64,000 bases of DNA, taken from contig JBNRSN020000004.1 in assembly GCA_051313645.2 (NCBI GenBank), positions 44,516,001 through 44,580,000 of the forward strand. Reading direction: 5' to 3'. The notes below the pieces were generated by a model. That model made no database searches, had not been told where the DNA came from, and was given only the letters and a program-made list of their open reading frames with translations. The DNA comes from Centroscyllium fabricii (taxonomy: Eukaryota). This document shows, in pieces, positions 60,432-64,000 of the stretch (positions within the stretch are counted from its first letter, which is position 1; each line of letters opens with the position of its first letter). A program made the position numbers and the translations under genes.

Positions 60432-61747
60432 GTATGTGTTTACAAGTTACAGTGACATCTAGTGTTCTTAAGCTTCTAGGCCACTGTCTCTGCAGAAGGT
60501 CGGAGCTTGAATATTATTCAGCAAGAGGATGAATTCTATTCCGTCCATTGGGAAAGATAACTGAGCAGTGGTAGTTTCAGAAACAAGGGTGCACTTTATT
60601 TGGCAATGCTGTCTTTGAAAGGTCTGTGCTGAGAATGTGAAAAACATGTGGTTAAAATAGACGCAGTATCTTGATGATGTAGATGAAGTGGAATAGGCTC
60701 CGACTCTCGAGTGTTTCTTGAACCCAGGAACTGTGTAATCTGACAACAAAGATGGGGAAGAAATTAAGTTGCTTGACTGGATATTTTCAATTTGCAAATT
60801 GGAACATAGCTGTCCAGAAGCTAAATATAATTGCAGGATATAGGACTATAAGCTAAATCCGAGAAAAATGTCTCTTGAATATAACAGGACGAAGTGAAGG
60901 AAGAGGAAACTTATGAAGTGAGGTAGCATTTCAACAGTTCCAAGTCCTGCCTCTTTTGTGGACCTTTTGCAATTACAGTAAATAAGCCCTTTATTCTGTA
61001 AATGGAGATTTATGTGAAGCAGTTGTATAGGATTACAGTGCTATTACAGCACCATTTATTTTTATCCCTGGAACATTAGCTAATCTGTTATAAAATGGCA
61101 TTTGGTATTAAAATATGCACAAAATTTTAATGTATAATAAAAGTATGAATTTTAAAAGCTTATAAGATCTATGTGCTGAGGTTAAGACTTTGAGCAAGCT
61201 GAAACTTCACAACAGAACATGATGCTGCATTGCTCTTGGGTGTGGCTTTTTGACTTCAAGAGCTGAAATTCTACTCCAGTGCAGTGAAACCTGAGGCCAT
61301 GTAGAACAGTAAAATAAATGTACAAACCTTGCTGCAGATCTAAGTAATTATAGTCACCCTGATTCAAATGGTCAGAGTTGAAACACTCTTGTTTTGTAAG
61401 ATTGAATTTGTGTCCTAGAGCTTAGTTTGATTACTCCTAAAGGTCACGCAAAATTTCAAAGTGTTCATATTTTTGAAAGCTTTATCTACAGCTGGTTGCT
61501 TCACACAGGAGATTTACTGGTTTGGGTATATTCTGAGAGAAGATTTAACATGGTCTAAGGAGGAAACGGCTTGCTAGGCCAAATTAACTGTTCTTGCTTT
61601 GTTAAATCCATAATTGTAGTTACTTAGAGTTCCTCTAGGATAGTAATATCAGATTGGCTACGTATGTGTAGAAGGTCGATATTGCTTACCCAAATATCTG
61701 ATTGTAAAATTCTGCATGTGTTGCAGAATAATGGTGGCAGAGTTGTC

Positions 61748-62185
61748 AGTATTGGCTCCATGGTAGCACTCTCTCCTCCAAGTCAGACGGTCATGGGTGC
61801 AGGTCCCGCTCCGGATGACTTGCACACACAATCTTGGCTGTCACCTCGGTACAGTACTGGGGGAGTGCTGCACTGTCGGAGGTATGATCTTTCGGATGAG
61901 ACATTAAACCGAGGCCACATCTGCCCTCTCAGATAGACTTTAAAGATCCCATGGCACTATTCAAAGAAGAGCTGGGGAGTTTTTGTGGTGTCTTGGCCAA
62001 TATTTACCCCTCAACCGACATCATTAAAACCGATTATCTGCCCATTTAGTTCAATGCTGTTTGTGGTATCTTGCTGTGTGCATATTGACTGTCACGTTTC
62101 CCTACATTGCAAAACGGAGTACAAAGTCCTTCATTGGCTGTGACGTGTTTTGGGCCATCCTGAGGAAAGGAAAGATGCTATATAA
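61748..62185 (+). mobile_element. DeuSINE (SacSINE1-like)
   Basis: Deu domain gggagtgctgcactgtcggagg...tctttcggatgagacattaaaccgagg...taaagatcccatggcactattcaaagaagag. Confidence 0.8.
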
Positions 62186-62545
62186 TTCTCTTTCCTCCTC
62201 TCCCTCTTTCCTCCTAGTTTTTCTCCTCCCTCTTTGACCAGTTTTGTGCGTTAAGGGGTTAATTCATTATACACAAGATGGCTAAAGTAGCATCCAAACT
62301 TTATTTTAATTTCTGTACAGAAATACATGTATGCAAGTTCAGCAATGAACTGCTTAAAATGTTTGTATGCCATGTGCTATTGTGTATTAGCGTGTTGAGT
62401 CTAAACAGCCTTGAAAAGTTTAAAGATCTTTGGGAAGGAGATCTTGCAAGCTTTTATGCTTTGCAGCAAACTGGAGATGCAGCAATATATGCTTTTATTT
62501 CACTTACCAGCTTATGAAAACTTCTACCTGCCTTTTTTATTACAG

Positions 62546-63137
62546 GTGCAAAATGAAAATGGAATAATAAGGCCCTTGTCACAATCTCTGGTAAAGTCGA
62601 TGGCCAGTCAGGCTGCTACAGTCTCTACAGCCTGTGCTGGTGACCTACACCTTGGAAAGTCTTCCATTGCTGAGGACAGTTTACATACTACCCACATGTC
62701 AGCAGCAAAATCAATTCTTACTTCCCACAGCTCACTTGCCAGTGCTGATAATTCAAGTAAGAGTGTGCTTCCATCAGAACCCATGCACTCGTCACAGGAA
62801 AAAACATATGGATTCAGTGGAGTATTCAGAGAGGGCGCTGGAGAGGACTACAGAAATGATGAGACAAAAGAGATACTGCAAGAGAGCAGCATGTATAATC
62901 GTGGCTTTACAGAAACTGAGCCCCAAGTACCCACTGGGAGGTGTATGGATAGTAAACATGGAACTCCAGAGAGCGAGAGTGGAGAACAGCTCAGTCCGGA
63001 AGCCTTGCCACGGGCAGCTGAAAGGGAAGAGATGATGAAATCAGAGAACGTATATGAGAGCTGGGAAATTGAAGAGAAAAGCTTTGATGAAATGGTGGAA
63101 GTGGAAAGCATCATGAAGAACAAGCGAGCCGTTACAG
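62546..63137 (+). CDS. SVIL: SVIL exon (VQNENG...ACAGDL...SFDEMVEVESIMKNKRAVT)
   Basis: Acceptor ttttattacag|gtgcaa, donor acag|gtgagc; ORF 62411-63193; end resembles supervillin FEEKVEVENVMKRK. Confidence 0.9.
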
Positions 63138-63643
63138 GTGAGCTGGACTTGATTCTTCCTTTAAATCAAAATTTCACTGTTGTTGTAAAGTAGACGACTC
63201 GAACAGTTGGTTGAGTGATTAATGACCAACCAAAAGATTCTGAGTGTAAATTCAAAGAATGTCATAATTTGAGTGAGTGCTTTTTGAGTCTAGTTTTAAC
63301 TCGCAAATGCCATTTTTGGTTTTCTCCTTTGGAGGAGCTGGAAATTTGCCCCACTTGAATCGCACTTCTTGTTGGCTAAGCTTCTTGTTGATAGAAGCTA
63401 ACTCTATCGCAGACTGCAGTGTAACATCCTCCAGGCAACTTCATAGCTGCAGCTAGGAGGTTTATCATTTCGGCTATCCTGAGCTCCAATTCTGTGCACC
63501 AATCAGGAGCGCTTGTTGTGGAGGGAAAACACACAGCCAATTCCAGGAGTACTCAGCAGTTACCTGAAAACAACTTCTTTGCAAAATTGGTGATAAGACC
63601 CCTGGACATACGTGTCACTGTGAATCCATGCATCCACTGAAAT

Positions 63644-64000
63644 GTAGAAACATAGGAGATAGGAGCAGGAGTAGGCCGTTCGGCCCCTCGAGCCCGCCCC
63701 GCCATTCAATGCGATCATGGCTGATCATCCAAATTCAGTACCCTGTCCCTGCCTTCTCCCCATACCCCTTGATCCCTTCAGCCTTAAGAAATATGTCCAA
63801 CTCCTTCTTGAATATATTTAATGAACTGGCCTCCACCGCCTTCTGTGGTAGAGAATTTCACAGGTTCACCACTATCTCGGTGAAGAAATTCCTCCTCATC
63901 TCTGTCCTAAATGGCTTACCCTTTATCCTTAGACTGTGACCCCTGGTTCTGGACTCCCCGACCATCGGGAACATCCTTCCTGCATCTAGTCTGTCCAGTC
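63644..64000 (-). mobile_element. CR1 (HER1-type) 3' end, continuing past the window
   Basis: Reverse complement of the 8340-8670 sequence family. Confidence 0.9.

Larger units (their letters stand above)
3448..63137 (+). other. SVIL: Supervillin gene, 5' portion (12 exons in the window; gene continues past the right edge)
   Basis: Exon translations match remembered supervillin/archvillin N-terminal sequence in the expected order, and all splice phases join into one open frame. Confidence 0.96.

Overview
Vertebrate genomic DNA, most likely a cartilaginous fish (shark), judged from HE1-type V-SINEs, HER1-type CR1 LINEs and SacSINE1-like DeuSINEs. It is not prokaryotic: there are no operons, CRISPR arrays or rRNA/tRNA genes. 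The window lies inside one plus-strand gene, supervillin (SVIL). Twelve exons (3448-63137) were reconstructed by hand and their splice phases join into one reading frame ([13 protein letters not shown]...KAERRRQLAEKYG...[21 protein letters not shown]...DEEKLDERAKMSVSAKRSLFRE...[15 protein letters not shown]...); the villin/gelsolin C-terminal exons lie beyond the window. The introns hold CR1 and L2 LINE fragments, SINEs, PIF/Harbinger and Tigger-like MITEs, a hAT element, Gypsy LTR pieces and Penelope-like termini. Most notable: an apparently intact minimal hammerhead ribozyme in a Penelope-like remnant; a Gypsy element whose PBS position is complementary to its own LTR poly(A) signal; a four-level TE nest; a GC-AG micro-exon feeding a NAGNAG acceptor; an in-frame N-terminal extension upstream of the canonical ATG; and a MITE with an expanding hairpin minisatellite. 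Family names come from motif recognition, not database searches.
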